Of a stretch of 54,283 nt of DNA, positions 8,408 to 20,646 are shown in pieces. How positions within the stretch are numbered: the first letter of the stretch is position 1; each line of letters begins with the position of its first letter. The stretch is from Desulfuromonadales bacterium (GTDB taxonomy: Bacteria; Desulfobacterota; Desulfuromonadia; Desulfuromonadales; Geoalkalibacteraceae), in assembly GCA_024636255.1 (NCBI GenBank), contig JAGXHK010000161.1:1-54283 (forward strand), read 5' to 3'. Under the pieces are notes generated by a model that was not told the origin of the DNA, made no database searches, and saw only the letters and a program-made list of their open reading frames with translations. A program made the position numbers and the translations under genes.

Positions 8408-10798
8408 ATGGGGCTGGCGGTCTACTTTCTGGCCTATGTATCCGGTCTGATCGTCGCCCCATTTCTGGTGGGAGACTCCTTTTTTGCCGTCCTTCCGTTT
8501 CTTTGTGCGCTGCTCTGGTTTCTGGTCAGGAGACAGGGCAGAGCCTATTCTCTTTTCCCTCTCCTGGGCTTTTTCTTTACCCTGGCATTGTCCCTGTATC
8601 ACATCCAGCTTGCTCCGCCGGCCGGCTCTCTGGCCGAGTTTGCCGGGTCTTCCGAAGTCTTGACTCTCGATGGCTCGGTCACCGGGCTCGGCCCGCGCGC
8701 CGCCGGCAAAAGTTATCTCGATATCTCTGTGCAGACAATCGGTTCAGCAGGAACGGTGGCGGCCACATCCGGGCGGGCGAGAATCTATCTGGATGATGCG
8801 CTGCCGCGCGCCGGAGTCGGCGATCGGGTGCGTCTGCGCAGCCGCCTGCGCGAACCCCGGGCTTTCGGGACCCCCGGCGAATTCGACTTTGGCCGCTACC
8901 TTGCCAGGCGCCAGATCTTTGTCACCGGTTTCGTCCGGGATGCAGACGCTGTGGCGGTCTTCGCCCAAGAGCCGGAACCCGGGATTGCCGCCCGGGTGCA
9001 CCGGCAGCGCTGGAAAGTCGCCGAGCTTATCGACAGGTCCGTTGCGCCTAACATGCGGGGCTTGGCTCAGGCGCTCGTTATCGGTGAAAAGGGCTGGATT
9101 AGCGAAGAGCAGCGGCGGGTGCTTGCCCGCAGCGGGCTCTCGCACCTGTTTTCAATCTCCGGCCTGCACCTCGGACTGGTCGCCTTTTTCGCCTATCTGG
9201 TGCTGCGCGCTTTCTGGACGCGCAGTGAGCGACTGCTTCTGGCCGGCCCGCCCCAACGCTATCTGCCTTTGCTTCTGCTGCCTGTACTCTTCGGTTATCT
9301 GCTTTTCACCGGCGATGCCCTTCCGACCCGCCGTGCTTTCATGATGGCGGCGGCCGGCGCTTTGCTCCCCTGGTTCGCGCTGCGTGTCCGTCCCATCAAC
9401 CTGCTGCTCAGCCTCGCCTTTGCCGTTCTGCTTTTTGATCCGCTGGCTCTTTACGAGCCCTCTTTCCAGCTCTCTTACCTGGGCGTTCTCGGGATCATTC
9501 TCTTTGCCGGCCCGCTGGCCTCGCGGATCGCCGGGTTTTCCGGTCCCGTGCGTTGGCTCTCAATGCTTGCGGCGGTCACCTTTGCCGCTACGGTTGCAAC
9601 CGCACCGCTGGTTCTCGCCAACTTTCATCAGCTTTCCCCTGCAGGGCTGGTGGCCAACCTGATCGCGGCTCCGGTCATCGGTTTTCTTGCGGTTCCCCTG
9701 GGTCTTGCCGGCGTGATTTCCTCTTTTGCTCATGCCGGCTTCGCGGGTTTGTGGTTCGGAAGCTGTGCATGGCTTCTCGAAGCGATGTATAATTGTGCAA
9801 AATGGCTGACCGGACTGCCCATTTTGGGCGGGTGGACTTTTTTCCCCACGATAGGCCAGACTGCCGGGGTCGCGGTTCTGGCTGCGCTTATTCTTACCCT
9901 GGACAGCCGGTCGTTGAGTGTACGTCTGCGTGGTGGGCTTCTTGTGGCCGCAGTCGGCCTGCTGACCTGGCCGGGATGGGCCAGTTCTGAGCCCACGTTT
10001 ACGGTTCTGAGTGTCGGCCAGGGAGACTCCATGGTGGTTTCTCTGGATGGAAACAGGCATTTCCTGGTCGATGGCGGCGGTCTCTACAGCGAGAGCTTCG
10101 ATGTCGGCGAACGACTGATTGCGCCTGCTCTGGGGCGACTCGGTATCCAGCGACTTGAGGCCGTGATCCTGACCCACGATCATCCCGACCATCGCAAGGG
10201 GTTGTTGTATATCCTCGATAATTTTCCGGTCGAGCGGTTTCTGAGCCCGCATGCTTCAGGCGATCTCGACGCCGGCCTGCGTGAGATCCTTCAGCGACGC
10301 GGTGTTCCCCAGCAGGTCCCGGCAGCGGGCTGGAGCTCTGTTTCCCCGGCGCATAATCGCCTGCAGGTATTCCGCAGTGCACAGACACATGTAAAAACGA
10401 ACGATCAATCGCTGGTGCTCTATCTCGATCATGCCGCAGGCGGGGCGCTTCTTACCGGCGATCTGGAGCGTACCGGAGTTCGTGGCCTGCTCTCGGCGGA
10501 GCTTCCCGGTCCGGTCGCACTGCTCAAGCTCCCCCACCACGGCAGTGCCGGCTCCGATCCGGCAATCCTGTGCGATTCGCTTGCAATCAGGCAGGCATTC
10601 GTGTCGGTTGGGCGCGATAATATTTACAATCTTCCCTCTGCCTCCGTACGCCGTGAAATGGCTCAGCGTCGTATCCCTTTGTGGCGCACCGATCATCATG
10701 GCACGGTGCGGTTTGCTGCCAGCAGGGAGGGCTGGAAACCTGCGCATTGGGTCCGCGGCCGGTTCCAGGAATCTTCTGGTCTGCTTTTTGCTAGGTGA
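8408..10798 (+). CDS. comEC: DNA internalization competence protein ComEC/Rec2
   Basis: 796 aa. N-terminal DUF4131-like region, a polytopic competence domain and a C-terminal metallo-beta-lactamase domain (HDHPDH, LPHHGS). Confidence 0.9.
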   Translation: MGLAVYFLAYVSGLIVAPFLVGDSFFAVLPFLCALLWFLVRRQGRAYSLFPLLGFFFTLALSLYHIQLAPPAGSLAEFAGSSEVLTLDGSVTGLGPRAAGKSYLDISVQTIGSAGTVAATSGRARIYLDDALPRAGVGDRVRLRSRLREPRAFGTPGEFDFGRYLARRQIFVTGFVRDADAVAVFAQEPEPGIAARVHRQRWKVAELIDRSVAPNMRGLAQALVIGEKGWISEEQRRVLARSGLSHLFSISGLHLGLVAFFAYLVLRAFWTRSERLLLAGPPQRYLPLLLLPVLFGYLLFTGDALPTRRAFMMAAAGALLPWFALRVRPINLLLSLAFAVLLFDPLALYEPSFQLSYLGVLGIILFAGPLASRIAGFSGPVRWLSMLAAVTFAATVATAPLVLANFHQLSPAGLVANLIAAPVIGFLAVPLGLAGVISSFAHAGFAGLWFGSCAWLLEAMYNCAKWLTGLPILGGWTFFPTIGQTAGVAVLAALILTLDSRSLSVRLRGGLLVAAVGLLTWPGWASSEPTFTVLSVGQGDSMVVSLDGNRHFLVDGGGLYSESFDVGERLIAPALGRLGIQRLEAVILTHDHPDHRKGLLYILDNFPVERFLSPHASGDLDAGLREILQRRGVPQQVPAAGWSSVSPAHNRLQVFRSAQTHVKTNDQSLVLYLDHAAGGALLTGDLERTGVRGLLSAELPGPVALLKLPHHGSAGSDPAILCDSLAIRQAFVSVGRDNIYNLPSASVRREMAQRRIPLWRTDHHGTVRFAASREGWKPAHWVRGRFQESSGLLFAR

Positions 10799-10820
10799 AG
10801 CGCAAGCGAGTATCCGAAAT

Positions 10821-12197
10821 ATGATGAATAAAACGAAAATTCTTGTCGTTGACGACGAACTTTTTTTCCGTCAGCTTCTGGCCGATCTGCTCGAGCAGGA
10901 GGGGTACGCGGTGGAGGTTTACGGATCGGGAGCCGAAGCTCTGGAGCGAATCCGGAAGGGCGGCATCGATCTCGTTTTGACCGATATGGTCATGCCTGAG
11001 ATCAGTGGTCTTGAAATCCTGCGCGCGGCGCGCAGCATCGAGAACCCCCCTGAAGTCATTCTGGTGACAGGGCACGCCACACTTGAGTCGGCCATCGAGA
11101 CACTCAAAAGCGGCGCCCGGGATTATCTGGTTAAACCATTCAATCCAGAAGAGCTAAAGCATCTGGTTCGGCTTTGTCTGGAGCAGCGACGCCTGATCGA
11201 TGAGAATGTCGAGCTGAAGAATCAATTGCGCCTTTATCAGGGCGGTCAGCGGCTGGCTGCATCCATCGATCTGGAAAATCTGCTGCCGCAAGCCCTTGAT
11301 CTCTTGCTGCGTGAACTCGGCGCCGGCCGGGGCATCGCCTTTATCAAAGGCCCTGACGGGAACCCACAGCTTCTCGCCGAGGAAAATATCGAAGAGGGCG
11401 TGGGCGTTTCGCTGATCAGAGGACTGCAGTCGGGAATGGAGGAGATGCGCGGTCTGGTGGAAGTCAGGAGGCGCGATATTCCCGCCCGGTTGCCGGAATC
11501 CTCCGATGTGCGCGACGTTCTTTGCTGTGCTTTGCGGGCACAGGGGGTGGTCGAGGGGGGGATTGTCCTGATCAACCCTGTTGGGGGACAGCTCTCGGCC
11601 CCTCGCTCCAGCGAACGACTTCTCTTTCTCTGCGAGCAGACGGCTCTCGGGTTCGAAAATGCCTGGCGCTATCTGGGTGCCCGGGAGCTGATGTACTCCG
11701 ATGATCTCACCGGATTATATAACCATCGTTACATGCAGATCGTTCTTGATCAGGAACTGCGTCGCTCCGGCCGCTACGGGCTGGAATTCTCCATCATTTT
11801 CATGGATCTGGACAATTTCAAGAGGCTGAACGACACCTACGGCCATCTGGCCGGTAGCGCCATCCTGCATGAGGCCGGCCAGCTTCTTCGCGAATGCGTG
11901 CGCGAGGCCGACCTGCTTTTTCGCTACGGGGGCGATGAGTTCACGGTGCTGCTGGTGGAGACAGACGAGCGTGGTGCATCGGTGGTTGCAGAACGCATCC
12001 GGCGTTGTCTTGAAAATCATTCATTTCTCGCCGAGGAAGGGATCGGGGCACATCTGACCGCCACTCTTGGCTTTGCGACCTTTCCTGGTGACGCTGAAGA
12101 CAAAACGCGGCTGCTCGATCTGGCCGACCGCGCCATGTATTGGGGTAAGCGCCAGCGCAACACTGTCTGTGGCGTGCGGGAGATGACCACCAAGTGA
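10821..12197 (+). CDS. response regulator with REC, a central GAF-like region and a GGDEF diguanylate cyclase domain
   Basis: ORF 10431-12197, but the REC domain begins at MMNKTKILVVDD (ATG 10821). Acceptor Asp lies in LVLTDMVMP. The GGDEF active site is intact, with an RxxD I-site 5 aa upstream (READLLFRYGGDEF). Confidence 0.9.
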   Translation: MMNKTKILVVDDELFFRQLLADLLEQEGYAVEVYGSGAEALERIRKGGIDLVLTDMVMPEISGLEILRAARSIENPPEVILVTGHATLESAIETLKSGARDYLVKPFNPEELKHLVRLCLEQRRLIDENVELKNQLRLYQGGQRLAASIDLENLLPQALDLLLRELGAGRGIAFIKGPDGNPQLLAEENIEEGVGVSLIRGLQSGMEEMRGLVEVRRRDIPARLPESSDVRDVLCCALRAQGVVEGGIVLINPVGGQLSAPRSSERLLFLCEQTALGFENAWRYLGARELMYSDDLTGLYNHRYMQIVLDQELRRSGRYGLEFSIIFMDLDNFKRLNDTYGHLAGSAILHEAGQLLRECVREADLLFRYGGDEFTVLLVETDERGASVVAERIRRCLENHSFLAEEGIGAHLTATLGFATFPGDAEDKTRLLDLADRAMYWGKRQRNTVCGVREMTTK

Positions 12198-12474
12198 AAT
12201 CCAGTCTTCTGGGCCCGCGACCTGGCAATGTTCGCAACGATTCACAAAACCGACCGACTCCTCATGCGCAATCGCCTTTTTCGGATTTCTCGAAACGCCT
12301 TCTTTTCTCACGTGATTTCCTCCTTCGGATTCGTTTTCTTTTTCTAAAGAGAGACACTGTTTGCCACATATCACATTGACGACCTGCAGGCGGACGCGGT
12401 AAAAGAGTGACCGCGGTGGTTCACGTATTTCCCTGAATTTACCGGCGTAAATTTTTATTTGAGGTGACTGCTCT

Positions 12475-13752
12475 GTGAACATCACGGGAATCAAGGGAAT
12501 GAATGACATTCTGCCAGGCGACATCGAGACCTGGCAGTTTTTAGAGAATACCGCCCGCCGGGTCTTTGGCCTGTATGGGTTTGGCGAAATCCGCATGCCC
12601 GTCGTAGAGAAAACCGAGCTTTTCAGCCGCTCCATCGGCGAAACAACGGATATCGTCGAGAAGGAGATGTACACCTTTACCGACAAGGGGGGCAATTCGC
12701 TGACCTTGCGCCCCGAAGGGACGGCCTCGGTCATGCGGGCCTATATCCAGCATAAGCTCCATGCCCGTGATCCGATTGCCAAGCTGTTCTATATCGGCCC
12801 GATGTTTCGCCACGAGCGCCCCCAGAAAGGCCGCTATCGCCAGTTTCACCAGATTGGTGCTGAAGCGGTCGGCATCGACGATCCGAAAATCGATGCCCAG
12901 GTGCTCGCCATGCTGATGCACTATTGTGAAGAAGTCGACATCCGTGATGTCGAACTGCAGATCAACTCCCTCGGCTGTCCTGAGTGTCGGCCAGGGTATC
13001 GACAGATCTTGATCGATTTTCTCGAAAAGCGACTTTCCGAACTCTGTGAAGACTGTCGGCGCCGCTATCGCAGCAATCCCTTGCGGGTACTCGACTGCAA
13101 GGTTCCCGGCTGCAAAGACGCAACGGTCCTTGCGCCTTCGGTTCTCGACCATCTATGTGCCGGGTGCGCCGAACACTTTGCACAGGTTAAAATGCACCTC
13201 GACGATCTGGATCTGGTTTATGTCGTCAATGCGCGCATGGTCCGCGGACTGGACTATTATACCAAAACCACTTTTGAGATCCTGGCCGGCAGCCTCGGCG
13301 CCCAGAATGCCGTGGCGGCCGGAGGTCGCTACGACCGCCTGGTCAAAGAGCTCGGAGGCCCTGATGTGCCGGGGATCGGCTTTGCCATGGGGGTTGAGAG
13401 ACTTGTCCTGATGAAAGGGGACGAGCGGATCGCACCGTCCTGCCCGGATCTTTTTCTTGCTACGCTGGGCGAAGAAGCGCACCGCCGCGGCTTCGCTCTC
13501 GTGCACAGATTGCAGCGCCAGGGCCTGCGGGTGGAGATGGATTTCGAAGGGCGCAGCCTCAAGGCGCAGATGCGCCGTGCCGACAAACTCAATGCCGCCT
13601 ACTCGATGATTCTGGGTGAGAATGAACTGGCGGACGGCAAGGTTGCTCTGCGCGATATGTCGAGCGGCGGACAGTATGCGGTCGCGATCGAGCAGATCGC
13701 AACCCTGCTGCGCCAGAGACTGGCACGCGAAGCCCAGCCCGAATCGCCTTGA
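12475..13752 (+). CDS. hisS: histidine--tRNA ligase
   Basis: GTG start after GAGGTGA. Class II aaRS motifs, an N-terminus typical of HisRS ([14 protein letters not shown]) and a C-terminal anticodon-binding domain. Confidence 0.95.
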   Translation: MNITGIKGMNDILPGDIETWQFLENTARRVFGLYGFGEIRMPVVEKTELFSRSIGETTDIVEKEMYTFTDKGGNSLTLRPEGTASVMRAYIQHKLHARDPIAKLFYIGPMFRHERPQKGRYRQFHQIGAEAVGIDDPKIDAQVLAMLMHYCEEVDIRDVELQINSLGCPECRPGYRQILIDFLEKRLSELCEDCRRRYRSNPLRVLDCKVPGCKDATVLAPSVLDHLCAGCAEHFAQVKMHLDDLDLVYVVNARMVRGLDYYTKTTFEILAGSLGAQNAVAAGGRYDRLVKELGGPDVPGIGFAMGVERLVLMKGDERIAPSCPDLFLATLGEEAHRRGFALVHRLQRQGLRVEMDFEGRSLKAQMRRADKLNAAYSMILGENELADGKVALRDMSSGGQYAVAIEQIATLLRQRLAREAQPESP

Positions 13753-13817
13753 CGGCTTTTCCGGCAGATTCGTATAATTCAAAAATTCTGACCACTGCGT
13801 TATCGCAGGGGAAAACA

Positions 13818-15626
13818 ATGACGGAGGGTAAGGTCTTGAATGACATCTTGGGCGACTGGAAACGGACTCACTACTGCGGGCAGCTCACCGCTGACGATAT
13901 CGGCAAGGACGTCTGTCTCATGGGCTGGGTGCAACGGCGTCGCGACCATGGCGGTTTAATCTTTATCGACCTGCGCGACCGGGAAGGCTTTGCGCAGTTG
14001 GCACTCGATCCCGACCGCGACCCTGAAGCGCACATGAAAGCAGACAAGGTGCGGAACGAATTTGTCGTTGCCGTTCAGGGAAAAGTTTCACCGCGTCCGG
14101 AAGGAACAGTCAATCCTAAGATGAAAACCGGTGAGGTCGAAGTCGAAGTGCATGAACTGCGCGTTCTGAACACGGCGAAGACGCCGCCGTTTATGGTCGA
14201 GGACTATGTCGATGTGGCTGAGAACACCCGTCTCAAATACCGGTATCTCGACCTGCGTCGGCCTTCGATTCAGCAGAACATCGTGCTGCGCCACAAGATC
14301 ACCCGATCGGCTCGCGAATATTTTGACGGTGAGGGATTTGTCGAAATCGAGACCCCTTTTCTGACCAAAAGCACCCCGGAGGGGGCACGCGATTATCTGG
14401 TGCCCAGCCGCGTTAATCCCGGCACATTCTATGCGCTTCCCCAGTCGCCGCAAATTTTTAAGCAAATTCTCATGGTTGCCGGATATGACCGCTACATGCA
14501 GATCGTCAAGTGCTTTCGCGACGAGGACCTGCGTGCCGATCGTCAGCCGGAATTTACCCAGATTGACTGTGAGATGAGCTTTGTCGATCGCGACGATGTC
14601 CTGCGTATCATGGAGGGGATGATAGCCAAGGTCTTCAAGGAAACGATCGGCGTCGACGTGGCGCTGCCCATGCCGCGTATCACCTATGCCGAGGCACTGT
14701 CGCGGTTCGGGGTTGACAATCCGGACCTTCGCTTCGACATGGAATTGGTTGATATCTCGGATACGGCCCGCGAGTGTGGTTTCAAGGTGTTTGCCGATGC
14801 TGTGGCGTGGGGAGGTGTCGTCAAGGGAATGAACCTTAAGGGCGGCTCTTCTCTGTCGCGTAAAGAACTTGACGATCTGACTGATTTTGTCAAAATCTAC
14901 GGGGCGAAGGGCCTGGCTTGGGCAAAACTCACGCCTGACGGTTGGCAGTCGCCTATCGCAAAATTTTTCAAGCCCGAAGAACTCGAACGCATCAACCATT
15001 TACTGCAGGCGGAAACCGGCGATGTCCTCGTCTTTGTAGCGGATTCCTTCCGGGTTGCAAACGATGCGCTGGGGCGGCTGCGCGTGCACCTTGGACACAA
15101 ACTGGGACTGATTGAGAAAGACTCATACGCGTTTACCTGGGTCACTGATTTTCCGCTGCTCGAATGGGATGGGGAGATGCGCCGCCATGTTGCGGTTCAC
15201 CATCCCTTCACTGCGCCGATGGACGAGGATGTGCCTCTGCTCGATGCTGACCCGGGGAAGGTGCGTGCCAAAGCCTACGATCTGGTCCTCAACGGTTCGG
15301 AAATCGGCGGGGGAAGTATCCGTATTCATGACAAGGCGGTTCAGAGTCGAATGTTCGACCTGCTCGGAATCGATGAAGATGAGGCGCGGATTAAATTCGG
15401 CTTCCTGCTCGATGCGCTCGAATTCGGCGCGCCGCCCCATGGAGGGATCGCCTTCGGACTCGATCGGCTTGCAATGATCCTGACCGGATCAGACTCGATT
15501 CGCGACGTCATTGCGTTTCCGAAAACGCAAAAGGCCACCTGCCTGATGTCCGAAGCTCCCGGCCCGGTGGACGAAAAGCAGTTGAAGGAATTGTCCATTC
15601 GCCTTGCCACGCGCCCCAAGCAGTAA
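13818..15626 (+). CDS. aspS: aspartate--tRNA ligase
   Basis: ORF 13749-15626. ATG 13818 gives the usual N-terminus (..RTHYCGQL). OB-fold, class II core ([29 protein letters not shown]) and a GAD insertion. Confidence 0.95.
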   Translation: MTEGKVLNDILGDWKRTHYCGQLTADDIGKDVCLMGWVQRRRDHGGLIFIDLRDREGFAQLALDPDRDPEAHMKADKVRNEFVVAVQGKVSPRPEGTVNPKMKTGEVEVEVHELRVLNTAKTPPFMVEDYVDVAENTRLKYRYLDLRRPSIQQNIVLRHKITRSAREYFDGEGFVEIETPFLTKSTPEGARDYLVPSRVNPGTFYALPQSPQIFKQILMVAGYDRYMQIVKCFRDEDLRADRQPEFTQIDCEMSFVDRDDVLRIMEGMIAKVFKETIGVDVALPMPRITYAEALSRFGVDNPDLRFDMELVDISDTARECGFKVFADAVAWGGVVKGMNLKGGSSLSRKELDDLTDFVKIYGAKGLAWAKLTPDGWQSPIAKFFKPEELERINHLLQAETGDVLVFVADSFRVANDALGRLRVHLGHKLGLIEKDSYAFTWVTDFPLLEWDGEMRRHVAVHHPFTAPMDEDVPLLDADPGKVRAKAYDLVLNGSEIGGGSIRIHDKAVQSRMFDLLGIDEDEARIKFGFLLDALEFGAPPHGGIAFGLDRLAMILTGSDSIRDVIAFPKTQKATCLMSEAPGPVDEKQLKELSIRLATRPKQ

Positions 15627-15689
15627 CCGGCGCGTGTGCTTTTCTGTTGTGTTACAGATAGACAAAAATGGAGATCTTTTCATAGAAAA

Positions 15690-16412
15690 ATGACGCGCTT
15701 TCTACTCTTGGCCACTTTTCTCCTGCTGATTCTCGCAGGGTGTGCTGCGCCTCGTCCTACAGAACTGCAGCAGGTGCAGAAAACAGTGGCGCGCGCTTAT
15801 GCCGAAGGAGCCGATCACCTGGCTCCGGAGCACTACCAGGCAGCGAGCCGATCCTTGAGGAAGGCGGAAGAAAGTATTCGCCAGGATGAAGAAGAACAGG
15901 CTCGCACATACTACCCCCTTGCCGAATATCATGCCCGGCAGGCGATCGAAATGGCCCGGCGTGAAAAAGTACGCATTGAAAAGGAGTTGCGAGAGAAAGA
16001 GCGGATTGCAAAACAGAGAAGCGAAGCTGCCGCCAACCTGGCGCTGAAGCCGTCCTCGGCAAAGCCCGAAAAGCCCAGATCGTCAGCGCCGAAGCCGGAG
16101 ACAGCAGAGCCGAAAACCGGACCCGATCCGGTTCCCCTGGTCAATGCATACGCCGTTCATGAGGATGATGATACACTCTGGAAGATCTCATCACGTCGCG
16201 AGGTCTACGGCGATCCGCTCTTGTGGCCCATATTGTATCGGGCAAATCGGGATCAGATCAAGGATCCGCGGAAAATCTATTCTGGACAAACCCTCGAAGT
16301 TCCCCGTGGAATTGCCGAGAAAGACAAAGATGAGGCACGCAACCAAGCGCGACAGTCAGAAATCTTTCCGCTTGACACGCTTTTACCTGAAGCCTCTGCT
16401 CACAATCCATAA
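15690..16412 (+). CDS. lipoprotein with an N-terminal helical (DUF4398-like) region and a C-terminal LysM domain
   Basis: ATG 15690 gives MTRFLLLATFLLLILAGC, with a lipobox LAGC. C-terminal LysM-like segment YAVHEDDDTLWKISS...YSGQTLEVP. Confidence 0.75.
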   Translation: MTRFLLLATFLLLILAGCAAPRPTELQQVQKTVARAYAEGADHLAPEHYQAASRSLRKAEESIRQDEEEQARTYYPLAEYHARQAIEMARREKVRIEKELREKERIAKQRSEAAANLALKPSSAKPEKPRSSAPKPETAEPKTGPDPVPLVNAYAVHEDDDTLWKISSRREVYGDPLLWPILYRANRDQIKDPRKIYSGQTLEVPRGIAEKDKDEARNQARQSEIFPLDTLLPEASAHNP

Positions 16413-16436
16413 TACGTACTCTTCCCCCGCAGATCG

Positions 16437-16476
16437 TGGCCGGCTTCTTCCTATTCAGGAAGCCGGCCATTTGTCT
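16437..16476 (+). terminator. intrinsic terminator after the LysM gene
   Basis: 11-bp stem TGGCCGGCTTC/GAAGCCGGCCA followed by TTTGTCT. Confidence 0.7.
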
Positions 16477-16577
16477 ATGCGGCCCGCTCAATCTTTGCCG
16501 CTGCAGGGGGCGATTATTTCTCTCTTCCCGGGCATAGCAGACGCCCCGCCGGGTTGACCATTTTATGCATCAATCTC

Positions 16578-16612
16578 TTGACAGGTTCCGGCCTTTTGTA
16601 TACTGTATACAA
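16578..16612 (+). promoter_or_regulatory. icd promoter with a double-GTATAC operator
   Basis: -35 TTGACA 16578-16583. 17-bp palindrome TTGTATACTGTATACAA 16596-16612, whose first hexamer supplies the -10 (TATACT 16599-16604). Confidence 0.65.
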
Positions 16613-16734
16613 GATTAGAGGCATAACGGCGTTATGCCTGTCGTATCAAGTGTTTATAGCTTCAGGGTTTATTTGTGCGATAGGTTGTTTTTATACAACC
16701 GTGGTTAAATTACCGCTTAACGAAGGAGAGAAAA

Positions 16735-18966
16735 ATGGCATCGAAGCAAGCAACGATTATCTGGACTGAAATTGATGAAGCTCCCGCCCTTGCGACCTAT
16801 GCGTTGCTTCCAATTATCCAGGCTTTTACCAAGGGAACTGACATTTCCGTTGAAACCCGGGATATCTCTCTTTCAGGCCGAATCATTGCCAACTTTCCCG
16901 AAAATTTGACTGAGGAGCAGAAAATACCTGATTACCTGGGCCAGCTTGGTGAACTCGTGAAGACACCCGAGGCCAATATCGTTAAACTGCCGAATATCAG
17001 CGCCTCTGTTCCTCAGTTGGATGCCGCTATTAAAGAGTTGCAGAAAAAAGGTTATGACATTCCCGATTACCCCTGGGAGGCGAAGAACGAAGCGGATAAG
17101 AAGCTTCAGGAGCGCTATGCCAAAGTTCTCGGCAGTGCCGTCAACCCGGTTCTTCGCGAGGGGAACTCCGATCGGAGAGCGGCAGCATCCGTCAAGAAAT
17201 TCGCACAGAAAAATCCCCATAGAATGATGAAAGACTGGCCGGAGAAGTCCAAGGCCAGCGTTGCGCATATGGAAAGCGGGGATTTTTACGAAACTGAAAA
17301 TTCCACCACAATGGATAAGGCGCTCGACGCCAAAATCGAATTTGTCGACGCGAGTGGCAATGTGACCTCTCTGAAAGACAAGCTTCCTCTGCTTGAAGGT
17401 GAGGTCCTTGACTCCGCGGTGATGAATGTTGCTGCATTGCGTAAGTTCTATGCCGACCAGATTGAAGCAGCAAAGCAGGATGATGTTCTTCTTTCTTTGC
17501 ACCTCAAAGCGACCATGATGAAGATTTCCGACCCCATCATGTTCGGCCATTGTGTTTCCGTCTATTTTAAGGACGCTTTCGAGAAGCACGCCGATGTGCT
17601 GAAAGAGATCGGTGCCAATCCGAATTACGGTCTGGCCGATGTCCTTGCGAAGCTTGAAAAGCTCCCCGCCGACAAAAAATCCGAAATCGAAGCCGACATT
17701 CAAGCCGTTTATGAAAAACGCTCGCCGCTGGCGATGGTCGATTCGAGCAAAGGCATTACCAATCTGCACGTGCCGAACGATATCATCATCGATGCCTCCA
17801 TGCCGAACGTCGTGCGTGACGGCGGTAAAATGTGGAATACGGAGGATCAACTTCAAGATACCCTCTCCATGATTCCTGACAGCTGCTATGCAACCACCTA
17901 CAAGACGATTATCGAAGACTGCAAGGTACATGGGCAGTTTGATCCTTCGACAATGGGAAGCGTCGCCAATGTCGGCCTGATGGCCAAGAAGGCCGAAGAG
18001 TACGGTTCGCATGACAAGACCTTTGAAGCCCCCGGAAACGGAACGATCCGCGTAGTGGACGCTTCAGGAAACACACTGCTGGAGCAGAAGGTCGAAAAAG
18101 GCGATATCTTCAGAGCCTGCCAGACCAAAGACGTGGCGATTCGCGATTGGGTGAAACTCGCCGTGCGCAGGGCGAAAGAGTCCGGAGAACCCGCCATTTT
18201 CTGGCTGGATGAAAACCGCGGCCATGATGCGCAGATCATCGCAAAGGTCAATGCATACCTCAAAGATCATGACACCAGCGGCCTGGATATCCGGATTATG
18301 CCTCCCGTGGAAGCGATGAAATTCTCGCTGGAAAGAGTCCGGAAGGGGCAAAACACGATTTCCGTTACCGGAAATGTGCTGCGTGACTACCTGACGGACC
18401 TGTTTCCGATCCTCGAGCTCGGAACCAGCGCGCGTATGCTGTCCATCGTTCCCCTGATTAATGGCGGCGGTCTGTTCGAAACCGGCGCCGGTGGATCTGC
18501 ACCGAAACATGTTCAGCAGTTCCTCAAGGAAGGGCATCTGCGTTGGGATTCTTTGGGCGAGTACTGTGCGCTTGTCCCCTCTCTTGAACTGGTATCCAAG
18601 AATTTCGATAACGAGAAAGCTGCGGTGCTGGCAGAAACTCTGGATGTCGCCATCGGCAAATTTCTCGAAAATCAGAAGCTGCCGTCAAGAAAAGTCAATG
18701 AGATCGACAACCGCGGCAGCAGTTTCTACCTGGCCATGTACTGGGCCCGGGCTCTGGCCACCCAAGACAAAAATCCTGAATTGAAGAAGCGTTTTACCGA
18801 TGTGGCAAAGCAGCTTGAAGAGAATGAGGACAAGATCAACGAGGAACTTCTCGCAGCTCAGGGCCAGCCGGTTGACATCGGCGGGTATTTCCGCCCGGAC
18901 TCTGAAAAGGCGGCTAAGGAAATGCGGCCGAGCAAAACGCTGAACGCGATCATCGAATCTGTGTAA
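16735..18966 (+). CDS. icd: NADP-dependent isocitrate dehydrogenase, monomeric type
   Basis: 743 aa, the size and sequence pattern of monomeric IDH. RBS AAGGAGAG upstream. Confidence 0.95.
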   Translation: MASKQATIIWTEIDEAPALATYALLPIIQAFTKGTDISVETRDISLSGRIIANFPENLTEEQKIPDYLGQLGELVKTPEANIVKLPNISASVPQLDAAIKELQKKGYDIPDYPWEAKNEADKKLQERYAKVLGSAVNPVLREGNSDRRAAASVKKFAQKNPHRMMKDWPEKSKASVAHMESGDFYETENSTTMDKALDAKIEFVDASGNVTSLKDKLPLLEGEVLDSAVMNVAALRKFYADQIEAAKQDDVLLSLHLKATMMKISDPIMFGHCVSVYFKDAFEKHADVLKEIGANPNYGLADVLAKLEKLPADKKSEIEADIQAVYEKRSPLAMVDSSKGITNLHVPNDIIIDASMPNVVRDGGKMWNTEDQLQDTLSMIPDSCYATTYKTIIEDCKVHGQFDPSTMGSVANVGLMAKKAEEYGSHDKTFEAPGNGTIRVVDASGNTLLEQKVEKGDIFRACQTKDVAIRDWVKLAVRRAKESGEPAIFWLDENRGHDAQIIAKVNAYLKDHDTSGLDIRIMPPVEAMKFSLERVRKGQNTISVTGNVLRDYLTDLFPILELGTSARMLSIVPLINGGGLFETGAGGSAPKHVQQFLKEGHLRWDSLGEYCALVPSLELVSKNFDNEKAAVLAETLDVAIGKFLENQKLPSRKVNEIDNRGSSFYLAMYWARALATQDKNPELKKRFTDVAKQLEENEDKINEELLAAQGQPVDIGGYFRPDSEKAAKEMRPSKTLNAIIESV

Positions 18967-19011
18967 CAATGAACAAAGAAGGCTATGTTGTGCAATAAGA
19001 TCGGCTAAAAA

Positions 19012-19060
19012 AGGCCCGAAGAGTTCGCTGCTCCGCGCACCCTTCGGGCCTTGCCTTTTT
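19012..19060 (+). terminator. intrinsic terminator after icd
   Basis: AGGCCCGAAG ... CTTCGGGCCT 10-bp stem, then TGCCTTTTTA. Confidence 0.65.
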
Positions 19061-19118
19061 ATGTCTGCAAGCGCATGGGGATGTTCCTGGATAAAGTGCC
19101 CCTGCAACGCAAATGGTC

Positions 19119-19152
19119 TTGACAGTCAAATGATGTTTGTATACTGTATACA
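19119..19152 (+). promoter_or_regulatory. mdh promoter with a double-GTATAC operator
   Basis: -35 TTGACA 19119-19124. Palindrome TGTATACTGTATACA 19138-19152, with the same 14-nt offset from the -35 as at icd. Confidence 0.65.
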
Positions 19153-19170
19153 CGTTATATGACCTGTTGA

Positions 19171-20193
<1,023 letters not shown>

Positions 20194-20227
20194 TTTATGT
20201 TCCTTGGACGTTCTGAAATGAAATTAG

Positions 20228-20256
20228 GGGCAATGGAGACATTGCCCTTATTTTCT
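20228..20256 (+). terminator. intrinsic terminator after mdh
   Basis: GGGCAATG-gaga-CATTGCCC stem-loop followed by TTATTTTCT. Confidence 0.8.
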
Positions 20257-20434
20257 GTCAGCGATAGTTATTTCTTCAGCGGGTTCCGGCCGGTACCCGA
20301 AGAAATAAATTCTCCTGGCGGATAGAACGGCGTATACATATTTTTGTGGCACATATCTGCCGATCATGTTAGTATTTCGCCGTTTTAACCCCTTTGGGGG
20401 ATTTTTCCGGCATCTCGAAAAGGAGAGAATGTGA

Positions 20435-20626
20435 ATGAGCAGTCCGAGAGTAGAGGTTATTGACAGATTGTGCAAAGGATGCAGCATCTGCGTCGAATTC
20501 TGCCCCACGCGCGTTTTCGAAATGGATGGTTTCATCGCTAAGGTCGTCAAGGAGGACGCCTGCATCAAGTGCATGCAGTGTGAACTGCGTTGCCCTGACT
20601 TTGCTGTGAAAGTTCATACTGAATAA
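20435..20626 (+). CDS. korD: 2-oxoacid (probably 2-oxoglutarate):ferredoxin oxidoreductase, delta (2x[4Fe-4S] ferredoxin) subunit
   Basis: 63 aa with two CxxCxxCxxxCP motifs (CKGCSICVEFCP, CIKCMQCELRCP). First gene of a four-gene OFOR operon. Confidence 0.85.
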   Translation: MSSPRVEVIDRLCKGCSICVEFCPTRVFEMDGFIAKVVKEDACIKCMQCELRCPDFAVKVHTE

Positions 20627-20646
20627 TTTCCCTAGGAGGTCTTTTC

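Noticed and set aside
10431-10820. N-terminal 130-codon extension of the REC-GGDEF ORF, overlapping comEC
   Set aside because: The extension is out of frame with and overlaps the comEC 3' end. The REC domain begins at the ATG at 10821, just after the comEC stop.
12021-12311. Minus-strand ORF starting at a GTG preceded by AGGAGGAAATCAC in the GGDEF-hisS spacer
   Set aside because: The SD-like sequence is good, but the 97-codon frame runs 177 nt antisense into the GGDEF gene and has no recognisable features. Probably fortuitous.
16554-16769. 71-aa ORF spanning the icd promoter and leader
   Set aside because: It overlaps the promoter/operator and the icd start, has no RBS, and is AT-rich leader sequence rather than coding.
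20332-20338. GTATACA half-site upstream of korD
   Set aside because: Only one hexamer is present. The position where the partner hexamer should lie (20324-20330) does not match, so it is not counted as an operator.
20347-20360. TGGCAC-N5-TGC sigma54-like sequence upstream of korD
   Set aside because: The GG-to-GC register is one nucleotide short of the strict -24/-12 spacing.
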